This document shows, one piece after another, positions 1 through 13,600 of a stretch of 64,000 nucleotides of DNA; the first letter of the stretch is position 1; every line of letters begins with the position of its first letter. The notes under the pieces are model-generated. The model ran no database searches and was not told the DNA's origin. It saw only the letters and a list, made by a program, of their open reading frames with translations. The translations under genes and the position numbers were made by a program. Source of the stretch: Podarcis liolepis (Eukaryota); NCBI GenBank assembly GCA_965112155.1, contig OZ218100.1; one strand, written 5' to 3'.

Positions 1-295
1 GAGAAAAAAGTAATTTTTCATGCTTTAATTCCATTTCACCCCTCCTTCCTTATCCCTACTGATGTAACTGTCAGGAAAAATCACAGCTATGCTGACAATG
101 CAATACACAGTGAACTCCAATCCATACATACCTTCTCTACAGAGACCCAGACAAAGAGAAGGTGAAAGTTACCTATTACTCTGAATAACAGAAGCGGGTC
201 AAAAGTTTGCTCCTTACAATCTTGCACCACTAAAAATAACATTAATCAGGAGAAAAATCATACTAACGCCTCCTGAGATTTTATCTTCCTACATG

Positions 296-332
296 ATTAT
301 TTATTTATTTATTTATTTACTTACTTACTTAC
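296..332 (+). repeat. (ATTT)n(ACTT)n compound microsatellite
   Basis: Direct reading. Confidence 0.9.
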
Positions 333-3300
333 TCTGACATTCTTCGCAGAGACAGAATTACTGTGTTAAAGCTGAACAGAGTGACAACATAAAAACAGCT
401 GTTGGTAATGCAAGGATTATTTTTCCCTCGGACAGCTACAAAGAAAAAGCAGCCACCTTCTCAGAAACCCACAATTCACAGCCAGAGATGTCACTACTGG
501 CGTAATGAATCTTCTGCTGACATTTAGTACAAAGAACCTGTCTTCTGACTTTTCTTTACTTCTTTTCTTTACAGGGAAAACAAACAGAAGTGTACTTTTA
601 ACCAAACACTTCTCATTTAGATTATTTGAGGATCACTTGTTTAGTTCCTGGCCTACGGAACCTAAAAGGCAAAATACCTATTCAATATTGAAAGCAGGAA
701 ACGAAAGGAATGTCCTGTGAATGAATTCAAGAACTTTCTCTCCTTTTCACACAGAAAAAGAAATCACTCTTCAGATTAAAAAATAATGCTCTGGGCTTTT
801 GTATTCCACTGCAGTGCCCTACAATATACAGTCAATAACCAAAGACTGACAGAAATCAATTAATAATAAGCAGCCTGCTGTGTGCCAGCAAATGCCTGAG
901 CGCTGAAGAAACTGTTATCCAGGCACCTAAGGGATAGTATCATTCACTCCAGCTGGACCTTGCTGGGAAAAGCATTCCATAAGGGGAGAGCAGAACCAAA
1001 CCACTCTCAGAGGTGACATCCAGGAAAGGGCCTTGATGTTGCTCGTAGGGTATGGGGCAGGTTTATGGTAGCAGAGGCATTTAGCAGCAACAATATGCAG
1101 AACGACACACACAGAAAGAACATGGGCCCTGCCCTGTCGGATTTCATACTAGTATCCAAATCCCAAATACATTTCCTGTAGGTGGGATTATAGTGTATAC
1201 TAATTTGACTACTCTGTGAGGACTGAACCACAATTGTTATATAACACATTAGCCTTTGTATAGTCTGTGATAGTTTATGCTATAACAGTAAGTTTGTTAG
1301 TCGTTGAGGTGATCTAAGACTCTGTTAAAAACAGAGTATGGAAGATGCTATGTTTTTGAAGGATTTCTACTTAACTGGCTGGGGGTAGGGGAGAATAAAT
1401 TTCTCCATAAATACTTTTGCACCTTGTTTATGTTTTCATGGAAATTATTCCTGCATTTTCCAGGGGTAATTTAACACCCGACCAAGGCATGGCTACACAC
1501 AACATGCATGTACCAATGTCTTAATGGGAAGCATTACTTCGTTTCTGAAGATAATATGCAGAAATATTTCACTGGAATATTGTGGTGTAAAAAGGTAAAT
1601 ATAAGATCCCTTTCTCAAGCACCATGATTCGAACCAGCCCCTGTGATTGCTATTTTATAGTTTGTAAAATATTCATGGTGCTTTTAATACTATGTATAGG
1701 ATTAGTGCTATATAAGAATATTAGTGTTGTACAATTATAATCCCATCTAGTTATCAACTGAATTCAGCAATTATTGAATGGACTTTTTTGATCATCCACA
1801 GATGGCAAACAAAGACTAATAAAACACAGCTATGAATCTTTTTTTTCCTTTTAAATTCTTGTTTATTTCATATCCTTTGGCACAGGAACATGATCAGGCC
1901 CAGTCTATCACATCTGACTTAAATTAATTTAATGGGAAAAGCAGGTGATCATTTACTGTCTGAATAAATTTGCAGTTCCAGAAAACATGTTCATGTCTTT
2001 AATAAGTATAAATAAACAAGTTTGACGAAGTGAAGAAAAATCAATACAGACTTTCCAAAATTTCTATGGACTGTTTACAGCCACATCTAATATGAATGAT
2101 GTGAATTAGATGCAGATCTGTTCTGGTTATTCTCAGCATATTATCAAGCATGTCAAATAATCACTTATCAGCCTTCTCACTAGTTTTGGCGCTCCCAGAT
2201 CAAACAATTACTTTTCACTCCATGCCAAAATTATCAATCACTTGGATCACTTCCTACATGCTTTTTGTGACAAACCAACCGCTGTAAACCATAGCTCAAC
2301 TTTACTTACATCTCATGGTTCACATGGAGAAAATAAAATCTTAAGCCTGGGTTCAAATGACACACAAGGCCAAATTATGATCTCACTCAGTGGGAAGCAG
2401 CAGCAGAACAACCGAGGAGGAACAAACCACACACAATCTCTAATATGGGAAGCTGCAAGATTGGCTTTCTGCAACATACAAACCAGAACACTGAGTCTAC
2501 TAATAATATCACTTCTTACATCTAGTTTTTATTTATTCCAAGGCTTTCCCCAGATGTCTGGACTTTTGGTAATTCTTGCTCTTTCCAGTTGAGAATTTCT
2601 TATCAGTTTTCACTGGATACATATTTTTAAGGTAACAGCAAAAGAAATTTATTACTAAATGTAAAATCACCCTTGCCACTACCTTTCAATGGGGTTTTGT
2701 TGGAAGGGAAAACTATTTCACTGGTATATCTTGCCTTGCTCATGTTACCCGAGCTGTGTTTGTTTTGTTTTTATGTGTATATAGATTTTTTTCAAATGTA
2801 TTTTCATTTTTAAACTGTTGATAAATGTTGATATTTCTATCATGTCTACTTGTTTTAAATGTCTGTTACTTTATTGGTATTTTCTATCATTTTACATAAA
2901 CTACTTAGAGGTATGTGTTTCTGATTGAGCCGTATATAAGTCTTGTATACCTACTTATTGTATTCATTTAACATGTTTAATGTTTATAACTGCTGAAATG
3001 TACTTTACTGGGAGCTGTATCTTTAAACGACAGTCAGTGCACACTTATCATTAAGGCATTGTTATACGAAAAACCAAGACATACTTAGGATGATTTAAAG
3101 TAAAAATATCCTCTGGGCACATAATATAAAGAAAGGGAGGGGGAATAGTGTGATAGCTGAACAATGGAGCTCTGCTTACTTGTGCAGCACACACACAAAA
3201 ACCTACCCAAGGAAAAAATACACAAACAACCTGCCAGCATTTGCTTTTGAAGTGTCAGATAACATTATTTCCAAGATGACACTGAGGGCCTTCATTGGCT

Positions 3301-3986
3301 ATGCATAAGGTCAGTGAATATTAACTTCATTTACACTTGGCTGAGAATTGGCTGGTGTCAACAATAGAGGTTTAGATCCTCTGCTGAGCAGGGTTAGAAG
3401 CTGACAGAAAGCTGCCACTGAGGAAGATGGATGATCGTACTGGCTGACCTCATTCCTCCCTAAGTGTCACCGTTTGGGCCTCTTTTCTATCTCCACAACA
3501 AAAGACCCTCTCTGAGCTTCCCAGTGGCCTTCAGCTTTATTGGTACTAACAGGTCCAGACATTTTCATCGATTGGATTCTATACCTCTTAAACACAAGAG
3601 TTTGCCCTCTTTGGCTAGCCAAACCTTGGCACAGATGTCTTTTTATTTTGTAATTGCTTCACTGCTGTCTGTTGGGAAGGATGCAATCGGACAGGCAAAC
3701 ATCATGTCAACACAGAAAATGCTGCACCATTTATCTCAGTTTCCTAATGGCATTTTGAGGAAACTGATATGTGGCTTGACTGCAGAGTTTAACCATTTTA
3801 TAACTCATCGAAGGAAGTGTGTGTGTGCCTAAATAGACATTTTTTTGCTAAGACATTTTTTTAAAAAAAACAGAAGCAGTGACAAATAATTATTAATATT
3901 AATACTACTATGCACCCTGGAACAACCGTGCTTGGAGAGCCTAGAGACTGTAAAGAGATAGATCTGGGTTATAATCTTATATTGTA

Positions 3987-4218
3987 CAGTGGTACAGGCG
4001 CTTCAGGTTATAGACACTTCAGGTTACAAACTTCGCTAACCCAGAAATAGTACCTCGGGTTAAGAACTTTGCTTCAGTATGAGAACAGAAATCGCACAAC
4101 AGCGGCACAGCGGCAGCAGCAGGCCCCATTAGTTAAAGTGGTACCTTACGTTAAGAATGGTTTCAGGTTAAGAACAGACCTCCGGAATGAATTAAGTTCT
4201 TAACCCGAGGTACCACTG
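3987..4218 (+). mobile_element. Tc1/mariner (Tigger/pogo-like) MITE family A, copy 1
   Basis: TA|CAGTGGTAC...GAGGTACCACTG|TA. Small deletion in the left end. Same internal sequence as 8 other copies. Confidence 0.9.
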
Positions 4219-4856
4219 TATATAGAAGAACAATGTTATTTCCCTAGTGTTCAGGTAAAGAAACACTCACGTAAAATACTAAAACACGGCTTTGACATAG
4301 AACTTAATTCAGTGGAGGAACTCAATCATATCCATGATAAATTAGAAATCTAAAGCTGGATTCAAACATCTGTGTGCTGAGAATACCTAATTATGATAAA
4401 CATGGTAAAATGAAATTAAAGCCTTCAGGTATATCGCTGAATGAGTGAGCCCAAAACTATTCATATAGTTTTGGAATTTGTTTTTCTTATGTAGAAGCCT
4501 AGGTTAGAAACAATGTTTCCTATATTCCTAAATGTATTTATTTATTTTTTAAAAATTACCCTCCCCAATCCGGCACAAAAAACTAAACAAAAACATTTTC
4601 AGTGCAGAATCTGAGACATTTTCTCTGCTCGAGCATTTGAGGCTATCGCATGAAATTGGCAGAGCTTTCCCAAAATTGGTCATAATATAAAGCTAGGTTA
4701 GGGATTGCACAACCTCCATACGAAACCCTGAAAAAAAGCAACTGTTTTCTTTTGTTGATGACTGCTTCACAGGCCCAATGATTCAGTGAAAGGTTCCACT
4801 ATGTAACAGGGATAAGTTGAAATTCTTAACCCACCAATATTACCCTCAATTCTATA

Positions 4857-5098
4857 CAGTGGTACCTCGGGTTACATACACTTCAGGTTACATACGCTTC
4901 AGGTTACAGACTCCGCTAACCCAGAAATAGTGCTTCAGATTAAGAACTTTGCTTCAGGATAAGAACAGAAATCATGCTCCGGCAGTGCGCCAGCAGCAGG
5001 AGGCCCCATTAGCTAAAGTGGTGCTTCAGGTTAAGAACAGTTTCAGGTTAAGTACGGACCTCCGGAACGAATTAAATACTTAACCCAAGGTACCACTG
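4857..5098 (+). mobile_element. MITE family A, copy 2
   Basis: TIR CAGTGGTACCTCGGGTTA / TAACCCAAGGTACCACTG, TA target duplication. Confidence 0.92.
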
Positions 5099-7911
5099 TA
5101 TGAGGATTCTGTTGCAATAGAAACAATTGTAATGAGCATTCAAAAAAAGGGGGAGGCATAGCAAAACAAAATGAAATGATTTGGAACTGATGGAACACAA
5201 ATCACATGTGGCCCTTAGTCACAGGTAACACAGATAAATTATTAGGCTAACTGGATATATTTTTATCTTTGTTGCTATATATAGTATAGAGACAGTGTTA
5301 AATTCAATGTAACACAAAGATTTTTTTTTATTCTAAGATATGCTACAGTGATTCTGGGCCATCTACTTAAAAATAAATAAATCTTTATTGTGGTCCAAAG
5401 GTCCATAGAACAGTGACTTTGGGCCACGTAGTTAATGCTAACATATGTAAAGGACTGAACCACATGATTACTCTATATTCTCAGAACCAAAGAGATAGAA
5501 GTTACTGGAGTTAGTCACACAAGACATAGTGGATGGGTAATTTTTCTCGCTTCTTCTCTCCTGAACTGCACAATCTTTTGCAAGTTTTCGTTAATTATTA
5601 ATTAATACTGTGCTAATGGTTAATTGCATATATGCAATCCTCACCACTGAGTTATTTATTCTGCAAAGCTTTCACAAAATCAAATTCTTAGCTTTGATTT
5701 AGATGAATAAACTATATGCAGTTTAGACACAGCAAGGCATCTCAATTTCAGTATTTATCAGAGGTGTTCATGGGTCCCAAAGTTCTCTTTGCATCTTTGA
5801 AGTTCAATTTGTTTCCGAGTAGCTCTGCACTCTCTCTGCTTTATGTTTCAGGATCTGAGTTGAATACTGAAGAATACATATAACCTCTCCTCCTTTTGGT
5901 CAAAGTGGATAAAATTTGCAGACATAGGGGCCCCAACTGCAAAACAGATTAAGCTTGCAAATTTGCAGAAAAGTATGATAAGGGACTTTTTGTGGTTGAA
6001 GTAACAGGGGTTAACACATTTCCATAATCTGTAGTAGTGTCATACTTTCAAGGGAAATAGTGGGGGATTTTGTATACCCTTTTTAACCTTAACATAATTT
6101 GCAAGTGACCGAATGGTGTGCATTCTTGCTTGTACATTTTACTTCGTTTTATTTTTATTTTATTTTTTAAAAAATGAAACTCCACACCAGCCTTTTGAGT
6201 ACTAAGCCTTACAGGCCTCTAAAACACTTTATTACTGGTATTATTTATTAGATTTGTTAGTCACTTTATCCTGCCCAAGGCAAACCAAAGCAACTTACAA
6301 TGTGAGGGTGCTTAGAATACTGCCTGCAGAGTTCTGAAGACCTGTGAGCTGTTTATGTCAAAGCAGAACTTAGGGTTTTTTGTTTTAAACCCACCTAAGT
6401 TTCAAACTTTTCTTTTCTTAAACCATCCACTGCGGTGCCTTAAAACAAATTTTAAAAGCCCACAGGCAGTATTTTGGACAGCTTCTTGCAAATCCCCTGG
6501 ACCTGGAGAAACAGAACTATATAGGAAAACATAGCTATTCTGTACAGAAACAGCAGAGTGACACAAGGCTTTGTGAGGGGGCCTGATCTGATTTGGAGGT
6601 GTTGTTAGTTACATAGTGCTTTGATTCACGGAGGGAGGAAAAAGCCACCCCCCGAAAGAAACACCCCACATACTTTGTTATTTGAACTGCACAAAGTGCC
6701 TAAGAGTGCATGCAATGATCCCTGGTACTCTTGCTTTATAAAACAATTTCAGAGAACAAAATGCAGAATACAAACCTATAGTTACATTTTAAAACCATAA
6801 AGGTCACTTTTTTAAAACGTCTAATGCAGCACTCCCCCAGCTTCTTGACATTTTTGTTTGATAAAAAGTTGCAAGATCAGGTCCTCACACTTTTATCAAC
6901 TGACATATAATTAGCATAAAGGTGCCAACTCCTTACTAAACCAGGGGATTATCATTTGCATGAATAATTCAAACAGACCTGGTGAGGTAGGCAATTCATA
7001 AGCATTACTTTCTCAAATGTAATGAAAAGGAAGGTGGTAACTCAGTGTTTGAATACATGCCTTGCAAGCGTAACAACCCCCAATTCAATCCAGACATTGC
7101 TGCACAAAAGATCTATTGAAGCAGAGCTAGGAAGCACTTTATCCCTCAGACCCTAAGGAGCTCAGGGTGGGCAGTTAAAAACTACAGAGATGAGCTGAAC
7201 CTAGGATAAAGCAGCTTCTGATATCTTTCTTTAATAAATATCTTACAAGACCTACATTTTCTATAACCCTCCATATTATGGTGATGACACTCATGAGCTA
7301 TCAGCTCGCACAAACTGCTCACATGAATGCCAATGCAGGGATGATGCCCAATACCAGGATCCAAAGAAAAATGAAACTTGTTCCATGATTCCAATGAGGC
7401 TTTAGAAGTTGTTCTCTTAACAACTCCCCATGTTGCATACCAAACTATTTTCGAAACTGAGGAAAGCATTCAAAATCCAAACATTTTGTATACATAAAAT
7501 GAGTAAGCCAAAGCCTAACTCCTGGAAGTTAAGGCTGGCTTTTACTTCCTAGGATCAAACAGGGAAAAGGTGACATCATGGGGTTACTATCACACACCCT
7601 CCTGAGACGTTAGCAAAATAGCTTCCAAATGGCAGATCAAAGCCTACCAGTAGATTCCAAGGAAATTCCGGTGGGAGGGGAAAAGAAGAGGTTACTGGCT
7701 TAGGTTGCTCAGTACTATGTTGCACTAATAGCTGAAGGCAGAAAGATGGGAAAATTCTGGCACATTCCAAAGCACAAAGACCACTGACAATCTGCCCAGA
7801 AGTATAATTAATAAAACCAAATAAAGCATTTGAAATTACCACCCCAGAACACTGTTCTGATTTCACTGTAGAATGCATGAAGAACTGACCTGACTGGGGA
7901 AGGAGAAAGTA

Positions 7912-8172
7912 CCGTATTTTTTGATCTATAATACTCACTTTTTCCTTTCTAAAAAGTAAGGGGAAATGTGTGTGCATCTTATGAAGCGAATGCAGGCTGT
8001 GCAGCTATCCCAGAAGCCAGAACAGCAAGAGGGATTGCTGCTTTCACTGCGCAGCGATCCCTCTTGCTGTTCTGGCTTCTGAGATTCAGAATATTTTTTT
8101 TTCCTTGTTTTCCTCCTCCAAAAACTAGGTGCGTCTTGTGGTCTGTTGCATCTTATAGAGCGAAAAATACAA
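7912..8172. mobile_element. Tc2-like (CCGTA-ended) Tc1/mariner MITE with internal hairpin
   Basis: TA|CCGTATTTTTTGATCTATAA ... TTATAGAGCGAAAAATACAA|TA: imperfect TIRs and TA duplication. Confidence 0.8.
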
Positions 8173-9788
8173 TAATCTGAGCCGTGTAGATTCACTGAAG
8201 ATTAAATATCCACACAGGAAAATGTAAATTATAGCCTCTAAATCTCTAGCATGTTCATAAAACAGTTCTTGGTCTACTATGGAAAATTGATGTCCCAAAA
8301 TCCCTAAACCTATGGCAGTGAGGAATTTCAATCCCAGAGCAGCCCAGGAGGGGTTCTGTTAACCATGCCTCTGATATATGGAAGCAGTTGCTCCTCGATG
8401 AGCATGCAATTGAATGACCAGCTGCAGGCTGTCACTGGATGATTTCTGCCTATGTTCATATAATGATCAGCCCCAGAGTGCAGCAGTCTCAAGAGGTGCA
8501 ACTTCTTTCAAGGCACCATAAATTGCTCCTGAGGGATCCTTAATTGACAGGTTAACATGCCCAAAGCCACCCACAGTGATACAAGGAAAGGAAAGTTCCA
8601 TGATGACAGCAGGGTGCCTATAAACTTCTTCCTTTTCAAAGGCAGCAGTGGAAACTCTGTTTAAAATAAATAAATAAATTACATTGAAGTTCAACCTTGA
8701 ATATATGCTGTACACAGCCTTAGCATCTTATTTTCACCCTTAGTATCTGATTTTCAATGTATTTTCAGTTAAAAAGGAACATGATAGAAATTGAAAATGC
8801 CCATTGTAAAGTGATATGCCACTAATAGAATTTATACAGAAAATCTTATGTTTGTCTTAGTTTGTGGAAGAACCACCTTGACTGTATTTGCCATATCAAA
8901 GTAGACACAGTTCTTAATGGGAGGAAATGGTTTAGAAAACTCTGGTGTCAAGTGAATTTTCACATATCCTGGAATAACTCAAGCAAAGGATTATTTTCTA
9001 ATCTTTGGAGCTATGCTGCACTGGCCTCATGCTCAAATGACCTAAATAGACTGTATGTGTGTAGTGTCAGAACATGTCCATCAATCAATGTCAGTATTCT
9101 CCTATACTCCATTTTTGACTGGCAGCTAACAGTACGTTATCTCCTCAACGTTAATGAAAAATGAATGGTAGTTCTTTCCTAAAATTAAATACAAATAAAT
9201 ATCTTAAACTACAGAATTGTGAAGATCTGATGTGAAAGCGGAGACTGTGCATTTTTCATATATACTGTGCATTAGAAGTTTTCTTTTTTAAAAAGTTCTC
9301 TGCTGAATGTTTGAATGTCTGTTGAAATTCAATATTTATTCCTTAACAACACACCAGACCAACTCAAACCAAACTTCATTAGTGTGCAATTGCTTATAGT
9401 TCTAACACACCACGCACCCATACTATTAAATACATGCGACAGAAAATCATTGGACTTGAAACTAACAACAATGGATACAAAGCTGCATAAAGTTAAGCAA
9501 CATAAATCCTTCAGTTTAGGTAATTCATGTGTTTTTATCAATAAATATGATTAAATTGGTCACATTTATTTTTCGAAAAAGCAGCGATGGGTTCTCCTGA
9601 TGTAGCTTGGGGGCCCAGGCTGGTTTCCTGATGAAAATTGCCCACCCTAGCTGCTACTTGCCACAGGTGTAAATAGCACCTGTGAAGGAGAAAGGAAGTG
9701 GGGATGGGAGTTTTGGTAATGGCAGGGGAAATCTTTATTATGAACATATTCTGGAGTGATACCCTGCAGCTTCTTTTTCTGCAAAATC

Positions 9789-9950
9789 AAGGTGGCCAGC
9801 TTGCACCCCTTTTAATTCTTATCTCGAATCAAAATGGTGCCTAAACCTGTATGACTGCATGTTATGCATAAAAATGCAGTTATACACATTCAGGCACCAT
9901 TTTGGCTGGAGAGAAGAACCAGAAGTGGGATAATGTAAACTGGTCACCTT
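9789..9950. mobile_element. Palindromic MITE-like element (hAT-Blackjack-like ends)
   Basis: AAGGTGGCCAG ... CTGGTCACCTT ends. Imperfect palindrome centred on TTATGCATAA (9862-9871). Confidence 0.6.
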
Positions 9951-10428
9951 CATTGATTCCATATCTCCTTTCCTTCTCTTTGTTACAGAGTAATACTAAC
10001 TCTGGGCTCTTAGTGGGGTGAAACAGATCAGATGAGCCCTGCCATTCATGCCAGCAAGCACAAAAGGTGGGAGGAGCAATAAAATCTACATTTTTTTTGC
10101 TGTGCTACCTTTAGGCTGGCTCAGTAGAGATGCTAGACTTCTCTTGGGTGGCCCAACTCTGCCTCCACCATGCCTCTGAAAGGTGTAGATGTCCACTGTA
10201 TACTAACTCCTTGCACAGCTCCTCTATAAAAATTATGTACACCGATAGTGTTATTTGAATAATAAAATCTATTGAATTAATATAATATTAATTAATTAAT
10301 ATAATGAAGTTAATTGCTTTTAAGATGCACTGATTTATGTAGCATGCGCTTAGCTCTGTCCACTAAATTTGTTCTTATGTTTCCAAATTTGAGAGTGGGT
10401 GTAGTAAAGTGGTCATGACAATAAGCTC

Positions 10429-10651
10429 TGAGGTTCGTTCTTAACCTGAAACTGTTCTTAACCTGAAGCACCACTTTAGCTAATGGGGCCTCCTGCTGCT
10501 GAAGCGCCGCCAGAGCACGATTTCTGTTCTCATCCTGAAGCAAAGTTCTTCACCTAAAGCACTATTTCTGGGTTAGCGGAGTCTGTAACCTGAAGCGTCT
10601 GTAACCTGAAGCGTCTGTAACCTGAAGCGTATGTAACCCGAGATACCACTG
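10429..10651 (-). mobile_element. MITE family A, copy 3 (one end missing)
   Basis: Reverse-orientation copy. Ends ACCACTG|TA at 10651. Three tandem TGTAACCTGAAGCGT(C/A) units. Confidence 0.88.
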
Positions 10652-13600
10652 TACTGAACTTCTAGGGTTGTTGTAAGGCTAGGCAAGATAACATCTATAA
10701 AGGGCTTTGGAAACACTCAGAAGGCGAGGTGTAACATAAAACACCGCATCAGATTATGTCCGCAAAAATGAAACAAGACTGTGTTCGGAGACATGCATGT
10801 ACTGTGAATGTGGGCTGTGCTAAACGCCTAACATCCAAATGTGTTTTACAGTGCAGATCAGTGTCTGCTGCTAGCTGTGTATACGCAGTTCCTGATCCAG
10901 CAACATAAACCATGTGCAGAAGTTGCCCTAAACGCAAATAATTTCCTGGTAGAAAAGGACAAGAAAATTCATTAGCAATCTAATTACAAATGATTCTTTT
11001 TATGTATCAGACAACTTGTGAAGATAAACTCAAATGTGCCATCCAGTTACCAAGACAACCATACATTTAAGTCTGGTAATCAGAATTCCATACTTTCTTC
11101 CTCCTCTGAGCATTTCCAAACACACTGCATAGCTTTCTTTCCAATTAAATAGGTCTAAGCAGGCCAGGTAGGGGTGCTCCAAAGACAGAAAGCAGCTGTC
11201 TCTATTAGGGTAACAAAGGCTGTCCGGTTCTTTCCTGTTCTTTCATAGGACTGATGATTTTGGTTTTGGTTTCTAAAACTTGTTTACATGTCTGTAGGCA
11301 ACAAGTTATTCTATGCTAGCTAAGTTTCACTTCAAGGTTTTTCCCTCCCCCTCCTCTGCCCTTGGCTTTCCTTTTCTCCTCACGCAGAGAGACATGTCCC
11401 TGGTTGTGCCTTTGTTACTGCAGCAATCTTACATTTTGCGCTCACCATACATTTCAAGCTGCCTGTTGCTGTGCAAACCTGAGACTGGCTAAGCATCAGA
11501 TTCCTTCTAACTTCTACCCAATAGTTACTCACTGCACTCAGTAACACTCCTCTGACTCTTTCCTCCATATGAACTCCTAGCCAGCAGCGGCCTCTTCAAA
11601 TCATCAGCAATAAAAGCAAGAATGACTGAACGAGGAGGTACAAAGCAACCCCATACACAGATGGGGTGGGGTTCAGAATATGAAATTGCAGTGCACTTTC
11701 TTCCCACCCTATATACCTTGATGTCCCTAAAGTGTGAGCGGAAAAACCCTTCTCCATCCCCTTGGCCCTATATGCCTTTTAATGGAACTAGAGTTCTGTG
11801 TTTCAAAAAGGATGTGAGCTCTTCCCCCCCCTCCCACAAACAGGAAATTTTGTGAAGTGGTAGAAAAGTGCATCATGCCTGCCTGCCCTGGGCTTCCCAT
11901 CTGAAGTCCATTTGGGGGGCTCCTTTATACATGGCTTAGTCCAGAAGGAAACAAAACAACAAATGGTGAGCATGAAATTTGTGTTGGGTTGATTTTGATC
12001 TTAAGGCAAAGCAAGCTGTTTATGCCTAAAGGGACTTTTTATTTGGACCATCCAGAAACCAAGTAAGGGGAAAATAACTTTCATTTTGTGACAGTCTGTC
12101 TGTACAGAGTCACACTGTACAAATTGTATTTGATAGCTTTGAATGTGTTTGTCCCCTAAATCTGTTATTTAGGCCGTAATCCAATGTAAGCATTTAGTTT
12201 AATCTCTTATAAAAGTGGCTGATCATGTGCTGCCAAATAGGTAATATGCCTAGACATCTCTTGGGGTAACATGGGGACAATGCTTAATTTCTTGGGGAAC
12301 GTGGAGCTTGAAGACAGTGCGAATCAGCAATGACATCCAAGCTGTGCCGGAACTGGCAGTGCTGGAGATTCAAGACTGGGTTCTCTGGAGTGTAGCTGTC
12401 CCAAGTAGGGGTGATAAGTGAAAAAGAAGATACAAGCCCCTTTTCTGCACACACACAAATCCAAAATGAATAAAAGCAAATATACAGACTTGAGTGCAAG
12501 GATTAAGGGTCTGACAATGGAATACTTGATCCATAACAGAAGAGACTGGGTTGATATTTGATATCTCACTTAAGGCTTTTGGACATATCAAGCCTCCAGA
12601 CATCAAGCCAGCAGGTGGACTATGGCTATAAATCCCATCAGCCAGTTAATTATTAGCTGGCACTATGGAATGCTGAATTTGCTTTATGTTATTTCTTTTT
12701 TAAGGAGGTGTACTCTTAAATGTGCACAAGAGCCCTGTGATTTCTAAACATGGCGGTAATGTTTTTTAAGGATATTCTGACATATTAAATTACTTGGCCT
12801 TTGCAGTAGCTACTTCATTTACTCTGGATGGTCGCTGAATAAAAATTATCAAATGGCTTCTGCATTTTGCCCCAGGAGTCAGAAAGAAGATGTAGAGACC
12901 ATAAATGAGGTTTAATGGGCTGCAACTTTATTAGATTAAGAATCAGATCTTGCTGAGAGGATCTTTGAGCTTATGCTACATTGGTTTCATGTGCTCAAGT
13001 TACCTAAGCAGCTTGTTTGTGTACATTTTCTCAGAATATCACCATCAATCAACCTCACTGTTTTCCTAGACTCCATTTTGTGGACTGGTAACAAGCAGTA
13101 AGACTGGTATCTACTGAATTTTAATGACTGCTATTGTGCTTTCTTAAGCGTATGTGAGCACTGCAGCTGAAAACAAGAAAATGGTACCATGTCACAACTA
13201 CTTGTATATACATTGTACCTGCTATCTACTAGGGCAAGGTTTATGGTTTTCAATCCTCACTAATGGTTCAAATATCCCATATAGCTATAATACCTAAGAG
13301 GAGACGTGTGATTTAGGCAACCTAGATAACTTGCCCATCCAGTCATATCACTGCAAGACTTATATGCAGTGACATCCTATACAAGTTTCGTCACTATTAA
13401 TGTACTTATGGTTGCAGCCTTAAACTTGTAGCCAACCATCTGCCAGCCACAGTGAATTAAATCCACAATTGTGCCTACTCTTGTACTCCAGAGATTTTAT
13501 CAGATTGCATTTACGTATTCTGACTCAAAAGTTTTGATTCACAATGTAGTAATTTTTTTAACAAAGGCCAGTAGAATGGTTGAAACTAAAAGGCTGTGGA

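Noticed and set aside
3736-3767. 10-bp stem TCAGTTTCCT/AGGAAACTGA
   Set aside because: Too short to distinguish from chance or a decayed SINE core motif.
10310-10543. Repeated ORF MLQDENRN...EAPLAKVVLQVKNSFRLRT (also 59304-59534)
   Set aside because: It is a translation of the non-autonomous MITE interior. No transposase motifs, and other copies are disrupted.
10585-10640. Short direct repeats suggestive of a CRISPR array
   Set aside because: Head-to-tail units without spacers, inside a eukaryotic MITE.
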